Source: Nannocystis bainbridge (GTDB lineage Bacteria; Myxococcota_A; Polyangia; Nannocystales; Nannocystaceae). Taken from it: DNA of 64,000 bases. The stretch's first letter is position 1; every line of letters begins with the position of its first letter. A program made the translations under genes and the position numbers. A model generated the notes under the pieces. It ran no database searches. It was not told where the DNA came from and worked only from the letters and a program-made list of their open reading frames with translations. Positions 22,225 through 33,835 of this stretch are shown piece by piece. The stretch is from assembly GCF_028368995.1 (NCBI RefSeq), contig NZ_JAQNDL010000001.1:64001-128000 (forward strand). Direction: 5' to 3'.

Positions 22225-23601
22225 ATGCTCGCGGCAGTGCCCCGCCACACGCTCGTCGCCGCCGCCTCCCTGGCCCTGCTCGCCCTGGCGCCCGCGCCCG
22301 CCCGCGGCGGCGAGTCGAGCGCCGAGATCCTGCACCGCCGCGGGGTGCACTGCATGGAGGAGATCGAGCGCCGCGACTGCGCGATCGAGCACTTCGAGGC
22401 GCTGCTCGAGGAGCGCACCGATCGCCGCGAGCTCGTCACCGACGGCCTGCTGCGCCTGGTCAAGCTGTACGAGAAGGAGGACCGCCCCGAGGACCTCAAG
22501 GCCGCGCTGCGCCGCTTCTGGGACGCCGGCAAGACCGACAGCCGCCGCGGCCACCTGCCCTACACCGCCCGCTTCCTGCCCAAGGACTTCGACGTCCTGT
22601 TCCACGCCCACATCGGGCGCCTCGTGGCCTCGCCGCTGGCCAAGCAGCTCGACGAGATCGCCGAGTTCGTCATGACCTGCGACCCGCACGTGCGCGGCCA
22701 GCTCGACGACCTGCGGATCCTCCGCAAGGCCCAGCGCAAGTCCAGAGAGACAGGTGTGCCTGTCCAAAAGGCCATGTCGGACGTCGTCGCCGAGGAGAAG
22801 AAGCGCAGCGAGGCTTACAAGAAGCGGCGCGCCCAGGCCGAGGCGGAGGGCCGACCGCGCCGCCACGAGCCGGTGTTCGCCGACGCCACTTGCCAGGTCG
22901 CGCGGGCCCTCGGCGACGACACCGTGGCGGCCTGGACCCGCGGCGCGTTCGCCCTCGCGCACGGCGATTTCCGCCGCTCCGCCGCGATCCTCGAGATCCC
23001 CGACCTCGCCGCCAAGCTGGCCGCCGCGACCGCCGCCGGGCGACTGGTCGTCCGTGGCGACGGCATCTGGGCGCTCACCCCGCTGCGCTACCAGGGCGGC
23101 GAGGTGCTGCTGCGCGTGCTCGACACCGGCGAGCTGGTGGTCGCGCCGCCGGCGGTGATGACGGAGATCGCCGCCAACTTCGCCCGCGGCAAGCGCACGC
23201 TGCCCCGCGAGGTCGACCGCCTCGTCGTCGGCACGCCGGTCGACGCCGGCTTCTTCGCCGTCGCCACCGAGGCCGCGGTCCAGGAGCTCGGCTTCGGCAA
23301 CATGTCGAAGGGCCGCCGCGGCCTGCTCCAGCTGCTCCTCCCGCGCCCCGAGGGCCTGCAGATGGCCGGCGTCGCCCACGAGTACTTCGGCTTCTTCCTC
23401 CGCATGCCGACCGACACGCCGCTCAAGGCCGGCGCGCTGGTCGACGTGGTCCAGCGGATGATCGCCAACCAGGCCGAGGCCGACTCCGACAGCGCCGAAT
23501 TCCTGCGCCTGCTCGACGTGACTCAAGCCACGGACAAGCGCGCGCTGCTCCTGTCCTACGTCCTCTCGCGCCGGCAGATCGAGACGATCGTGCTGCGCTG
23601 A
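22225..23601 (+). CDS. Hypothetical secreted protein with TPR-like N-terminal helices
   Basis: Signal peptide, strong GC3 bias, head of a three-gene operon; no family recognised. Confidence 0.7.
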   Translation: MLAAVPRHTLVAAASLALLALAPAPARGGESSAEILHRRGVHCMEEIERRDCAIEHFEALLEERTDRRELVTDGLLRLVKLYEKEDRPEDLKAALRRFWDAGKTDSRRGHLPYTARFLPKDFDVLFHAHIGRLVASPLAKQLDEIAEFVMTCDPHVRGQLDDLRILRKAQRKSRETGVPVQKAMSDVVAEEKKRSEAYKKRRAQAEAEGRPRRHEPVFADATCQVARALGDDTVAAWTRGAFALAHGDFRRSAAILEIPDLAAKLAAATAAGRLVVRGDGIWALTPLRYQGGEVLLRVLDTGELVVAPPAVMTEIAANFARGKRTLPREVDRLVVGTPVDAGFFAVATEAAVQELGFGNMSKGRRGLLQLLLPRPEGLQMAGVAHEYFGFFLRMPTDTPLKAGALVDVVQRMIANQAEADSDSAEFLRLLDVTQATDKRALLLSYVLSRRQIETIVLR

Positions 23602-23611
23602 GCGCCGAGGC

Positions 23612-25321
23612 GTGGCAGTCTTGTCCCCCGTGGCGACCCCCCTGTCCGCCGTCCCGCTCCTCGCCTGGCTCGCGCTCGCCGGCGTGGCACCTGGCGGTTC
23701 GAGCATGTCCTCCAGCGCAGGTCCGATCGGCCAGGTGCGTTCGGACATGTCCGAACGGCCAGCCCTGATCGCCCTCGCGCCGGCCCGCGGCGGCAAACCG
23801 AAGACCCCGGCGCCCGCACCGGCGCCCGAGCCGACCCTGGCCCCGCCGACCTACGGCCCCGAGCAGGCCGCCGCCGACATCGAGGTGGTGCTGACCGGCC
23901 GCGGCAAGGACTACCTGCAGGCGCGCGCGCGCCTCGAGCAGCACGCCGATGTCGCCGCGCCGCGGGTCACCGCGCGCCTGGCCGCCACGCCGGCGCCGAC
24001 GATGCCGGAGCAGCGCCGCCTGCTCGCGCTGCTCGGCGGCATCGCCCGGCCCGAGGACATCCCGCTGTTCGCCGACGCGATGCGCCGCGAGGTCGCGGCC
24101 GCGGTCAAGCAGTCGCAGGAGCAAGGCGTCGAGCTGCCGGCGGCCGAGCCGTGGCGCGAGATCTTGCGCGCGCAGGGCCCCGCGGCCGCGCCGGCGCTGA
24201 CGGGGCTGGTGGCCGAGAAGACCTTCAGCGAGGAGCTGCGCGGCCTCTTGCTCGCCGACCTCGTCGCCGTCACCCCGGCCGACAAGCTGCCCGAGTTGGT
24301 CGCGCTGGTCGGCCTCGGCGCGCCGAGCCTGCGCGCCGCGCTGCGCCAGGCGATCGTCCGCCGCGCCCACTCCTCGCCGGCCGAGCGCGCGCAGCTGATC
24401 CAGGTCGTCGACGCCGCGCTCGCCGCTCGCGAGCCCGCGCGCCTGCCCGGCCTCGTGCTGCTGCGCGCCGCGCTCGGCGGCGCCGGCGACACCGCCTTCA
24501 CCACCCGCGCCGCCGCCCTCGCCGAGGACACAGCCGGCGAGTTTGCCACCCGCGTCGCCGCCATCCGCGTGCTCGTCGCTCGCCGCAGCGACCCCGCCAC
24601 CCAGACCGTGCTCGCGCGCCTCGCCGAGCAGCACCTGCCGGCCGACCAGCGGACCGCCCTGCGCAGCGAGATCCTCGGCAGCCTCGCCCTCGCCGGCCTC
24701 GATGCCACCCGCGCCGCCGCCGTCGTCGACCGCCTGCAGCTCATGAGCGCCGCGGCCCCGCGCCTCGCCACCACCGCCTTCGCCGTCGCCGCGCTGCCGC
24801 CCAGCGGCGCCTGGCTCGAAGTCGGCCAGCGCCACGCCTGGCCCGAGGTCCGCGCCGCCGCGCTCGCCCGCGTCGAGGCGCCGTGCTCGACGGCGATCCT
24901 CCGCCGCCTGCGCGACGGCACCGTCACCCGCGGCGACACCTTCGAGCCCGACGCCGCGGTCGCGCGCGAGGTCCTGGTCGCGCTCGGTCGCTGCGGCGGG
25001 CCCGACGCCTTCGCCGCGCTGCAGGCCGTGGTCGTCGACGCCGAACAGAACGTCGACCGCCGGGCCGAGGCCGCGCGTCAGCTCGTCGACCGCCACGGCT
25101 CCGCCGGCGCCGACGTCGTCGCCGCGGTGCTGCGCAGCTCCGACGACCTCGGGGTCGCGCTCCGCCTCGTGCGCGCGCTGCAGCGGCTGGAGGGCCCCGC
25201 CAGCGACGACGTGCGCCAGGCCCTGTGCGCCGCCGGCAAGCGCCAGGAGCTGGCCACCAGCGCCCAGCGGGCCGTTCGCGGCCTGTTCCCCGACCTCGAC
25301 GATCCCTGCGCGGGCGGCTGA
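23612..25321 (+). CDS. HEAT-repeat-like helical protein, probably secreted
   Basis: Ala/Leu-rich helical repeats (WPEVRAAALA, RRAEAARQL); hydrophobic N-terminus; start uncertain. Confidence 0.65.
   Translation: MAVLSPVATPLSAVPLLAWLALAGVAPGGSSMSSSAGPIGQVRSDMSERPALIALAPARGGKPKTPAPAPAPEPTLAPPTYGPEQAAADIEVVLTGRGKDYLQARARLEQHADVAAPRVTARLAATPAPTMPEQRRLLALLGGIARPEDIPLFADAMRREVAAAVKQSQEQGVELPAAEPWREILRAQGPAAAPALTGLVAEKTFSEELRGLLLADLVAVTPADKLPELVALVGLGAPSLRAALRQAIVRRAHSSPAERAQLIQVVDAALAAREPARLPGLVLLRAALGGAGDTAFTTRAAALAEDTAGEFATRVAAIRVLVARRSDPATQTVLARLAEQHLPADQRTALRSEILGSLALAGLDATRAAAVVDRLQLMSAAAPRLATTAFAVAALPPSGAWLEVGQRHAWPEVRAAALARVEAPCSTAILRRLRDGTVTRGDTFEPDAAVAREVLVALGRCGGPDAFAALQAVVVDAEQNVDRRAEAARQLVDRHGSAGADVVAAVLRSSDDLGVALRLVRALQRLEGPASDDVRQALCAAGKRQELATSAQRAVRGLFPDLDDPCAGG
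23688..23763. repeat. 14-bp-phased array within the N-terminal coding region
   Basis: Cores at 23690,23704,23718,23732,23746,23760. Confidence 0.85.
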
Positions 25322-25323
25322 CG

Positions 25324-26613
25324 ATGTCCACCGGCCGCGACAAGCCCAAGCTCCGCAAGGTCGAGCGCCTCAACCTCCAGCGCGGCGACGAGGCGCTGCT
25401 CGTCCTGCGCGATCCGACCGGCCTCAGCGATCAGGTCGCGTTCCCGCAAGAAGCGTCGGTCGTGCTCGACGCGCTCGACGGTCAGCGCACCGTGCCGCAG
25501 ATCCGCCAGTCGCTGGCGATGCGCGGGATCCTCGAGATCGAGCTCGCCGAGCTCGAGGCGCTGGTGCGCGACCTCGAGGTCGCCGGCTACCTCGACGACG
25601 CCGCCTTCCGCGCCCGCTGGGAGGCCATCCATCGCGAGTTCCTGACCAACCCGACGAGGCGCCCGCGCTGGGCCGGTCTGCTCTACCCCGACGATCCGGC
25701 CGCGCTCGCCGAGCTGCTGGCCGCGACCCTACCTGACCCTTCAGCCAGGTTCACCGACACCGACGCCGCGCTCGGGGTGCTCCTGCCGCACCAGCCGCTG
25801 CCCAGCCCCGACGCACCCGCCGACGCGGCCGTGCGCGCCGCCGCCAGCCTCGCCGACGAGGTCCTGCGCGGGCTCCCGCGCGCCCGCGACATCGACCTCG
25901 TCGTCATCCTCGGCACCGACTACCACCCCGGTCTGCAGCCGTTCGTCGTCACCGACAAGCGCTACGCCACGCCGCGCGGCGAGCTGCCGTCGGACCCGGC
26001 GCTGGTGCGGGCGCTCGACCGCCGCCTGCCGTGGATCCGCCGCGAGGAGATCCGTCACCGCGAGGCGATGAGCCTCGAGCTCGCGGCGGCTGTCCTTCAG
26101 CACCTGTACGATGGGACATGTCCTCCGGTGCTGCCGGTGCTGTGCGGCCCGGGCGCGGTCGAGCTCGACGAGGGCGGGCCGGTCGAGGCGTTCCTGGCCA
26201 CCATGGAACATGTCCTCGAGGACAGGCGCGTGCTGTGGTGGGTGACCGCCGAGCTGGGGCATGAGGGCCCGGCGTTCGGCCGCCCGGCGCTGACGAAGGA
26301 TCGCGTCGCGGCGCTGATGGCCCGCGACCGGGCCGTGCTCGCCGCGCTCGCCGACGGCCGGCCCGAGCAGCTCGGCCGCTGCTGCAAGGACGTGCCCGGC
26401 CTCGATCCGCCGAGCGGCACCGCGGCGCTGCTCACCGCGGCCCGGCTGTTCCCGGTCGGCTACGGCGCCGACCTCGTCGCCTACGCGGCGGGTCGCCCGG
26501 TCGGCGCCGACGAGGGCTGGATCGGCCTCGGCGGCGCCCGCTTCACGCGACCCGTCGACGACGGCGACGACGACGACGACGACTTCAGGCCTTCGCGCCC
26601 GCGAGTCGCATGA
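25324..26613 (+). CDS. MEMO1/AmmeMemoRadiSam protein B-like with N-terminal extension
   Basis: LRDP..L..LDGQRT N-terminal extension, RRPRWAGLLYP, LLPH, VVILGTD, ATPRG, SLE, AELGHEGPAFG. Confidence 0.78.
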   Translation: MSTGRDKPKLRKVERLNLQRGDEALLVLRDPTGLSDQVAFPQEASVVLDALDGQRTVPQIRQSLAMRGILEIELAELEALVRDLEVAGYLDDAAFRARWEAIHREFLTNPTRRPRWAGLLYPDDPAALAELLAATLPDPSARFTDTDAALGVLLPHQPLPSPDAPADAAVRAAASLADEVLRGLPRARDIDLVVILGTDYHPGLQPFVVTDKRYATPRGELPSDPALVRALDRRLPWIRREEIRHREAMSLELAAAVLQHLYDGTCPPVLPVLCGPGAVELDEGGPVEAFLATMEHVLEDRRVLWWVTAELGHEGPAFGRPALTKDRVAALMARDRAVLAALADGRPEQLGRCCKDVPGLDPPSGTAALLTAARLFPVGYGADLVAYAAGRPVGADEGWIGLGGARFTRPVDDGDDDDDDFRPSRPRVA

Positions 26614-27178
26614 CCTGCTCGACGGCCTGCTCGACCGTCAGCGGGATCCGTCCCTGCGGGTCGACCGAGGCCTGGGCCGCGAGCCCGTAGATCACGGCGA
26701 TGATGCCGCGGGCGACCACCTGCGGATCGCCGCTCAGCACGCCCTGCTCGCCGCCGCGGCGGACGATCTCGGCGTAGCAGCTCCGCATCTCGGCGAAGGT
26801 CCGCTCGAGCTTCTCGCGGTACTCCTGGATCTGGCCCGACATCGTCACCAGCAGGTTGCACAGCTTGGCCTCGTCGCCGTGGTCCACGAACAGGCGCAGA
26901 TGGTTCGCGGCCACCTGCGCGAGCGCCCGGTCCGCCGGCAGATCCGGCGGCACGTCCGCCGCCCAGCGCTCTTGCAAGGCCAGCAGCTGCGCGTCGAGGA
27001 TGTCGTGGAACAGCGACTCCTTGGCCTTGTAATGAAAGTACACGCCGCCTTTGCTGAGGCCGGCGTCGCGGGCGATGTCCAGGAGCCGCGTCGAGGAGTA
27101 GCCGCGGCGCACGAAGCACCGCGTCGCCGCAGCCCGGATCTGCTGCTTGCGCTGGTCGTCGATCTTCTGGCGTGTCAT
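26585..27178 (-). CDS. TetR/AcrR family transcriptional regulator
   Basis: RKQQIRAAATRCFVRRGY, DIARDAGLSKGGVYFHYKAKESLF HTH. Confidence 0.95.
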   Translation of the reverse strand: MTRQKIDDQRKQQIRAAATRCFVRRGYSSTRLLDIARDAGLSKGGVYFHYKAKESLFHDILDAQLLALQERWAADVPPDLPADRALAQVAANHLRLFVDHGDEAKLCNLLVTMSGQIQEYREKLERTFAEMRSCYAEIVRRGGEQGVLSGDPQVVARGIIAVIYGLAAQASVDPQGRIPLTVEQAVEQVMRLAGAKA

Positions 27179-27503
27179 CGCTGCTTCCCACCCTCCCGGC
27201 GCCGCGGCGGCGCCCCCTGCACTCCACGCTAACGGAGACCCCCCTCGGTCTGTAAAGCCGCCTCGCAGCCTCAACAACGACGGGTGATATCGGCCCTCCT
27301 GCCGTGGAAGGCCGCGTAGACCGGGCCAGGCCGGCGGATCGGGCCGTCTCGGTTTTTCGGGCGGTATCGGCCCCGAAACGCGTCGATCTCCGTCCTCGTG
27401 AGCTCGCTGCTGGAGGGCGATGCCGCCCGGCGCGACGCTACCCCTTGGCCGGACCCCCTCCTGAATAAGACACTAAGTCGCGCGTCCTGGACGCCGAGGT
27501 TTT

Positions 27504-28040
27504 ATGCGCAAGCTGCTTCCGGTCCTCATGACCCTCGCCTTCACCCTGCCCGCCTGCTCCTTCTCGTATTCGTCGTCGCGCGGCAAGCAGGGCACCCAGA
27601 ACGAGAACCCGAAGGGCAAGGGCAAGGGCAAGCCGGCGCGCCAGGCCGCGGTCGATTCGTCGAGCACACCTGCTCCGAGCCCCGCCGCCGAGCCTGCCCC
27701 CGCGGCCGACCCCACGCCCGCCGCCGAAGAGACCCCCGTCGCTGAAGAGACCCCGTCGCGCGCCGGCACGCCGACCGTCGCCACCTCGGCCCGCCTCGCC
27801 GCTCCCGGCACCACGCCGACCGAGCCGCGCTCCGCCTCGCTCGTGACCCCGCGCGACGGCGCGGCGCCCAAGCCCGGCGTCGGCACCATCAGCGCCGGCG
27901 ACAGCAAGCCCCGGACCGGCCCCGGCACCATCGCCGGCGCCAGCAAGCCCGCGCCGAAGGCCGCCCCCGTCAGCCTGACCGCCGCGCCGAAGACCACCGA
28001 GCCGCCGAAGAGCGACACCCGGCTGGCCGCGCCGCAGTGA
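27504..28040 (+). CDS. Pro/Ala/Thr-rich hypothetical lipoprotein
   Basis: MRKLLPVLMTLAFTLPAC lipoprotein signal; low-complexity body. Confidence 0.7.
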   Translation: MRKLLPVLMTLAFTLPACSFSYSSSRGKQGTQNENPKGKGKGKPARQAAVDSSSTPAPSPAAEPAPAADPTPAAEETPVAEETPSRAGTPTVATSARLAAPGTTPTEPRSASLVTPRDGAAPKPGVGTISAGDSKPRTGPGTIAGASKPAPKAAPVSLTAAPKTTEPPKSDTRLAAPQ

Positions 28041-28060
28041 GCTCCCGGCCGTGACAAGAG

Positions 28061-28166
28061 GGCCATGACCGTGAGGTCATGGCCCTTCGTTCATGTCCGT
28101 TCAGACAGGCTCAAAGGGCCATGACCGCGAGGCCATGGCCCTTTCTACATGTCCATTCGGACAGGG
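28061..28166. repeat. Longest 14-bp-phased array (8 cores), filling a convergent intergenic gap
   Basis: Cores at 28064,28078,28092,28106,28120,28134,28148,28162. Confidence 0.95.
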
Positions 28167-28171
28167 CCGAC

Positions 28172-28822
28172 TCAGGAGCGCGAGCCGGTGCGCACGTGGG
28201 CGCGGCGCCCGGGCACGTCGGCGCGCTGCATCGGCGCGGGCGGCAGCTCGAGCCGCGGGTCGACCGGCCCCTGGCGGCGCAGCACCGAGAGCGAGACCTC
28301 GTCGAACTCGTCGTCCGCGTCCTCCACCTCGAGGTCCTCGCGCGCGGTGAAGCGGCGGCGGAGGATCGGCGCCTCGTCGGTCTCCTCGACCTCGTCGGCC
28401 AGCTCGTCCTCGTCGACCTCGTCGAGCTCGGTCGGATCGACGCTCGGCGGCTGCAGCTCGAGCTGCGCCGGGCTGGCGCGCCGCTTGCGAGCCGCGGGCG
28501 CCGACTTGCCGGTCGGCGTGTTGAGGCTGGCGCGCAGCTCGACGCCGGGGCGGAAGTCGATCGTGAACGCCGCGTCGATCGTCATCGGCTCGAGCGTCCG
28601 CGGGTTGACGCCCTTGCGAGCCGAGCGCTTCTTCTTGGTGAAGGTGCCGAAGCCCGGGAACGTGAAGCGCGGGCTCTGAGCCCGCGTGACCCTCGCCTTG
28701 ACGAAGTAGGCGGACAGCTCCCCGAACGCGATCTCGAGGATCTGTTGCACGCACTTCTTCGTGATATCGGGCGGCAGCTCCCGATTGCGTGCGATTTTTT
28801 CGATGAGTTCAGCCTTCGTCAT
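28172..28822 (-). CDS. HU/IHF family DNA-binding protein with acidic C-terminal extension
   Basis: MTKAELIEKIA, FPGFGTF, ARKGVNPRT, FRPGVELR. Confidence 0.93.
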   Translation of the reverse strand: MTKAELIEKIARNRELPPDITKKCVQQILEIAFGELSAYFVKARVTRAQSPRFTFPGFGTFTKKKRSARKGVNPRTLEPMTIDAAFTIDFRPGVELRASLNTPTGKSAPAARKRRASPAQLELQPPSVDPTELDEVDEDELADEVEETDEAPILRRRFTAREDLEVEDADDEFDEVSLSVLRRQGPVDPRLELPPAPMQRADVPGRRAHVRTGSRS

Positions 28823-29024
28823 CGCGTCGCCACAGAACGGTGACTGTAGAAGTGGCGACGCGACACGTCAACTGTACTGCCGAACAGCATCAGCTGCTGA
28901 CAGGGAGGCGCGCGCCGAAAATTGGACGCTGGAAATTTCCGCCGCGCCGCGCGACGCACTTCTTCACAGCGCTTCGCACGTAAAATTCCGTCGATCATCC
29001 GGGCATTGCATGTGCATGAGGCGA

Positions 29025-30518
29025 TCAACTTCGCAGCACGCGCAGCGCTCGCTCGAGGTCCGACATCACCGTGTCGTCGGCCGGGTTTCGTTGACCCGGC
29101 GGGAGTTCACCCTCGCGGCGGATCACGTACGATGGATGATACGTGACGTGAAGTGGGATCTGCAGGCCCGCACCGGCGTCGTCGTAGGTAAAACGACGGT
29201 TGCGCATCTGTGCCAACTTCAGATCCTGATCGGCGCCGAGCAGCAACATCCCCGCATACCTGCCGAGCGCCACGATGACGTCGGGGCGGATCGCCCGCAC
29301 CTGGGCGCGCAGGAACGGCGAACACCGCTCGATCTCCTCAGCGGCCGGCTCGCGGTTGCCAGGCGGCCGGCACTTGAGCACGTTGGCGATGTAGACCTGC
29401 TCGCGCTTCATGCCGAGGCGCTCGATCCACTGGGTGAGCCGCCGGCCCGCCGCGCCGACGAACGGCTCGCCGCGCCGATCCTCGTCCGCGCCGGGCGCCT
29501 CGCCGACGAACATCACGCGGGCGTTGGGGTCGCCGACCCCGAATACGATGTTCGTGCGGGTCTTGGCGAGCTTGCAGCGGGTGCAGTCACCGACGTTGCG
29601 GGTCCGCAGATACTCGAGCTTCTGCGCCGGCGTCCACGCCTGAGCCTGCGCGCGCAGCCCCGCGTCGGCCGCTCGCGGCGGACCCTCGCTCTCGGCCGCG
29701 CGCGGCGGCCCTGAGGGATCCGCCAGCGGCAGACTCGCGCTGCGCGGTCGCGCCGGCGGCTCCGAAGGCGCACGCGAAGACGGCGCGCTCGCGGGCCGCT
29801 GCGGCTCGCCTGATCGATCCGCGAACGGTGGGCTCGCGGGCCGCTGCGGTTCGCGCGAACGATCCGCGAACGGCGGGCTCGCGGGCCGCTGCGGCTCGCG
29901 CGATCGATCCGCGGGCGGAGGGCTCGCGGGCCGCTGTGGCTCGCGCGATCGATCCGCGGGCGGAGGGCTCGCGGGCCGCTGCGCCGGCGGCGGTGCCGAT
30001 CGAGGCGGTGTCACCTCGTCCTCCCAGTCGTTCGGCGGCGGCTCGTCGTCCGACGAGTGCGACTCGCGGCCTGCGACGAGGAACGTCTCGTCTCGCATCG
30101 GCGCGCGACCGGGCGATCCGGTCTCTCGCGCCGGCGATGGCGACGCGCGACCGGGCGCGGCCGCAAGCGGCGGGCTCTCTCGCGTCGGTGCGCGGCCGGG
30201 GTTTGCGAAGCCCTCTCGGCTCGGTGCGCTGGCGGCTCCTGCATCGCGCTGCGGCGGACTCGACGGCTCGTGAGATCCGCGCGGTGCGGATCCGGCCTGG
30301 CCTTCGGGCCATGTCGGTGCGCCCGCGCTCGCGGATCGATCCTCGGTCACCTGTCCGGACGGCCAGGTAGGATCCGCGCGCGGACCCGGCTCGGGCGTGC
30401 GGCGTGGAGACGCCGCGGCCGACACGTACGCCAAGCCCCGGAACTCCCGGAGGTGGCGCAGGTGCGCGGCGAACTGGACCGCCAGTCTTCGCCTCGCGTC
30501 GTGTCGATCGCCCTCCAC
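29025..30518 (-). CDS. Uracil-DNA glycosylase family 4 with long Pro-rich N-terminal linker
   Basis: [39 protein letters not shown]. Confidence 0.93.
   Translation of the reverse strand: MEGDRHDARRRLAVQFAAHLRHLREFRGLAYVSAAASPRRTPEPGPRADPTWPSGQVTEDRSASAGAPTWPEGQAGSAPRGSHEPSSPPQRDAGAASAPSREGFANPGRAPTRESPPLAAAPGRASPSPARETGSPGRAPMRDETFLVAGRESHSSDDEPPPNDWEDEVTPPRSAPPPAQRPASPPPADRSREPQRPASPPPADRSREPQRPASPPFADRSREPQRPASPPFADRSGEPQRPASAPSSRAPSEPPARPRSASLPLADPSGPPRAAESEGPPRAADAGLRAQAQAWTPAQKLEYLRTRNVGDCTRCKLAKTRTNIVFGVGDPNARVMFVGEAPGADEDRRGEPFVGAAGRRLTQWIERLGMKREQVYIANVLKCRPPGNREPAAEEIERCSPFLRAQVRAIRPDVIVALGRYAGMLLLGADQDLKLAQMRNRRFTYDDAGAGLQIPLHVTYHPSYVIRREGELPPGQRNPADDTVMSDLERALRVLRS
29787..29982. 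repeat. 45-bp intragenic tandem repeat (~4.3 units; QRPASPP(P/F)ADRSREP)
   Basis: GCTCGCGGGCCGCTG at 29787,29832,29877,29922,29967. Confidence 0.92.
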
Positions 30519-30531
30519 GAGATCCTCCGCT

Positions 30532-31837
30532 TCACGCCGCCGCGAGCGCGTCCAGCAACCACGTAGCCAGCGCCGCCTTGGCGATCGGCGGGCCCGAGGC
30601 GTTCACGGCGATCGCGTCGACGTCGCGAGTCAGCAGCAGCCCCGCATTGGTCGCCGAAGCGAAGCCGACCCCTGGCGCACCGACACGGTTGACGAAGATC
30701 GCGTCGGCGCCCTTGGCCCGCAGCTTGGCCTCGCCGAGGCGGATCAGCTCCTGCTGCAACCTGTCCTCGGGGCCATCTTCGACAGTCTGCGCGGCGAACC
30801 CGAGGAAGCGCGAGCGCGGGGTCCCGGCTGGCGCGCCGCGGCCGAAGCGAGCCGTGAGCGCGGCGAGGATGTCGCGCGCGGCTCGCCAGCCGAACGTCGG
30901 CAACCTCGCCAGCAGCTCGGCCTTCTCGAGCTTGCGCGCGGCCCCGCCGTCGATCTCGAGGTCCTGCACCGCCGCCACCATCGCCACCCAGTCATAGGGC
31001 CCCTGGGACAGCTCGCCTTCCAGCGCCGCGAACATCTGCTCCGCGGTCTCGACATCGACGCGGCGCACGCCCGGCGGCGTCGCCAGCTCGACCGGCCCTG
31101 CCACCAGCGTCACCTCGGCGCCGGCGCTGCGGGCCGCCTCGGCCAGCGCGAACCCCATCGCCCCGGTCGAAGCGTTGGTGACGAAGCGGACCGGATCGAT
31201 GTACGTGCGCGTCGGGCCGGCCGAGACCAGCACGCGCTTCCCCGTCCACGGCCCGCGCGCGGGCGGGCGCAACCTGGCCAGCGCGGCGGCGACGATCAGC
31301 GGCGGATCGATCATGCGGCCCTCGCCGATCCACCCGCACGCCAGCTGCCCGCGATCGGGCCCGACGAACTCGGCCCCGCGGGTGCGCAGCGTCGCCAGAT
31401 TTGCCTGCGTCGCCGGGTGCCGCCACATGTTGGTGTTCATCGCCGGCGCCCACAGCACCGGCGCGCGCGTGGCCAGCAGCACCGTCGCAGCGAGATCGTC
31501 GGCCATGCCCGCGGTCGCGCGCGCCAGCAGGTCGGCGGTCGCCGGCGCGACGACCACGAGGTCGGGCCAGTCGGCGAGCTCGATGTGACCGACGTGGCCC
31601 TCTTCTTCCGGGTCGAGCAGCCGCTTGCGCACCGGCCGGGTCGACACCGTCGCCAGCGACAGCTCGCTGACGAACGCCGCGGCCGCCGGCGTCATCACCA
31701 CCTGGACCTCGCAGCCGGCCGCCACGAACGCCCGCACCAGCTCCGGCGTCTTGTAGGCCGCGATCCCGCCGCTGACGATCAGCAGCACGCGACGGCCGCG
31801 CGGACGTGTCCCTGAGGACATGTCCGTCGAGCCAGCC

Positions 31838-31845
<8 letters not shown>
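30532..31845 (-). CDS. coaBC: Bifunctional phosphopantothenoylcysteine decarboxylase/synthetase
   Basis: GGIAAYK, HIELADW, APATA, PAMNTNMW, LACG..G.GRM, SAGPT...IDPVRF, GFAA. Confidence 0.96.
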
Positions 31846-32998
<1,153 letters not shown>

Positions 32999-33005
32999 GA
33001 TGGTG

Positions 33006-33740
33006 CTACTGGTTGTCTTTGGAGACAGGTACGTCGGGACATGTCGCATCGGACCTGTCCCCAGAGTCAGTGTAGTCGTCGGCGCCGAGGTAGCCGGCGC
33101 GGGCCAGCGCCTCGCGCGTGACCGCCGGCGCGGCCGCGCGGGCCGGCTCGCCGCCGGCGCCGAGCAGGCGGGCGACGTAGCGGGCCAGCAGGTCGACCTC
33201 GAGGTTGACCGCGTCGCCGACCTGCCGCTCGCCGAGGGTGGTCTCTTTGAGCGTGTGCGGGATCAGCCCGACGGCGAACCCGCGGGCGTCGACCGCGTTG
33301 ACGGTGAGGCTGACGCCGTCGACGCACGCGCTGCCCTTGACGGCGACGTAGCGCGCCAGTTCGTCCGGGACGTCGAACCAAACCTCGAGAGCGTCGCCGC
33401 GGACGGTCCGGCTGCGCACGCGCGCGAGGCCATCGACGTGGCCCGACACGAGGTGCCCGCCGAGCGCGTCGCCGAGGCGCAGCGCCGGCTCGATGTGCAC
33501 CCGGGTGCCCGGCCGCAGGTCGCCGAGGGTCGTCACCGCGAGGGTCTCGAACGCCGCCTCGACCGTGAAGTCGCGCGCGGTGGCGGCGGTGACGGTGAGG
33601 CAAACGCCGGAGATCGCGACGCTGGCGCCGAGGCTGCGATCGCTCTCGGACAGCGGATAGGCGATCACGAAGGTGCGTCGCTGCGCGCCGGGGATCACGC
33701 GCTCGACCGTGCCGACGCCGCGCACGAGGCCGGTGAACAT
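33006..33740 (-). CDS. ribE: Riboflavin synthase alpha chain
   Basis: MFTGLV start, GVCLTV, GGHLVSGHVDG, GVSLTVN, IPHT, NLEVDL. Confidence 0.96.
   Translation of the reverse strand: MFTGLVRGVGTVERVIPGAQRRTFVIAYPLSESDRSLGASVAISGVCLTVTAATARDFTVEAAFETLAVTTLGDLRPGTRVHIEPALRLGDALGGHLVSGHVDGLARVRSRTVRGDALEVWFDVPDELARYVAVKGSACVDGVSLTVNAVDARGFAVGLIPHTLKETTLGERQVGDAVNLEVDLLARYVARLLGAGGEPARAAAPAVTREALARAGYLGADDYTDSGDRSDATCPDVPVSKDNQ
33012..33071. repeat. 14-bp-phased array forming the ribE C-terminal tail
   Basis: TGTCTTTGGAGACA 33014-33027; cores 33026,33040,33054,33068. Confidence 0.85.
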
Positions 33741-33835
33741 GCGGGGGTTATGGCACAGATCACCGGCCGGTGCGACGGCCCGCGGCGCCCGCCGCAGGCA
33801 TCAGCACGCGCGTCTCGTGAGGTCCGCCGCGGGCG

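Noticed and set aside
28061-28166. Phased arrays as CRISPR arrays or ordinary tandem repeats
   Set aside because: The period is only 14 bp, there are no 25-40-bp repeats with unique spacers, no cas genes are present, and units are not copies of each other
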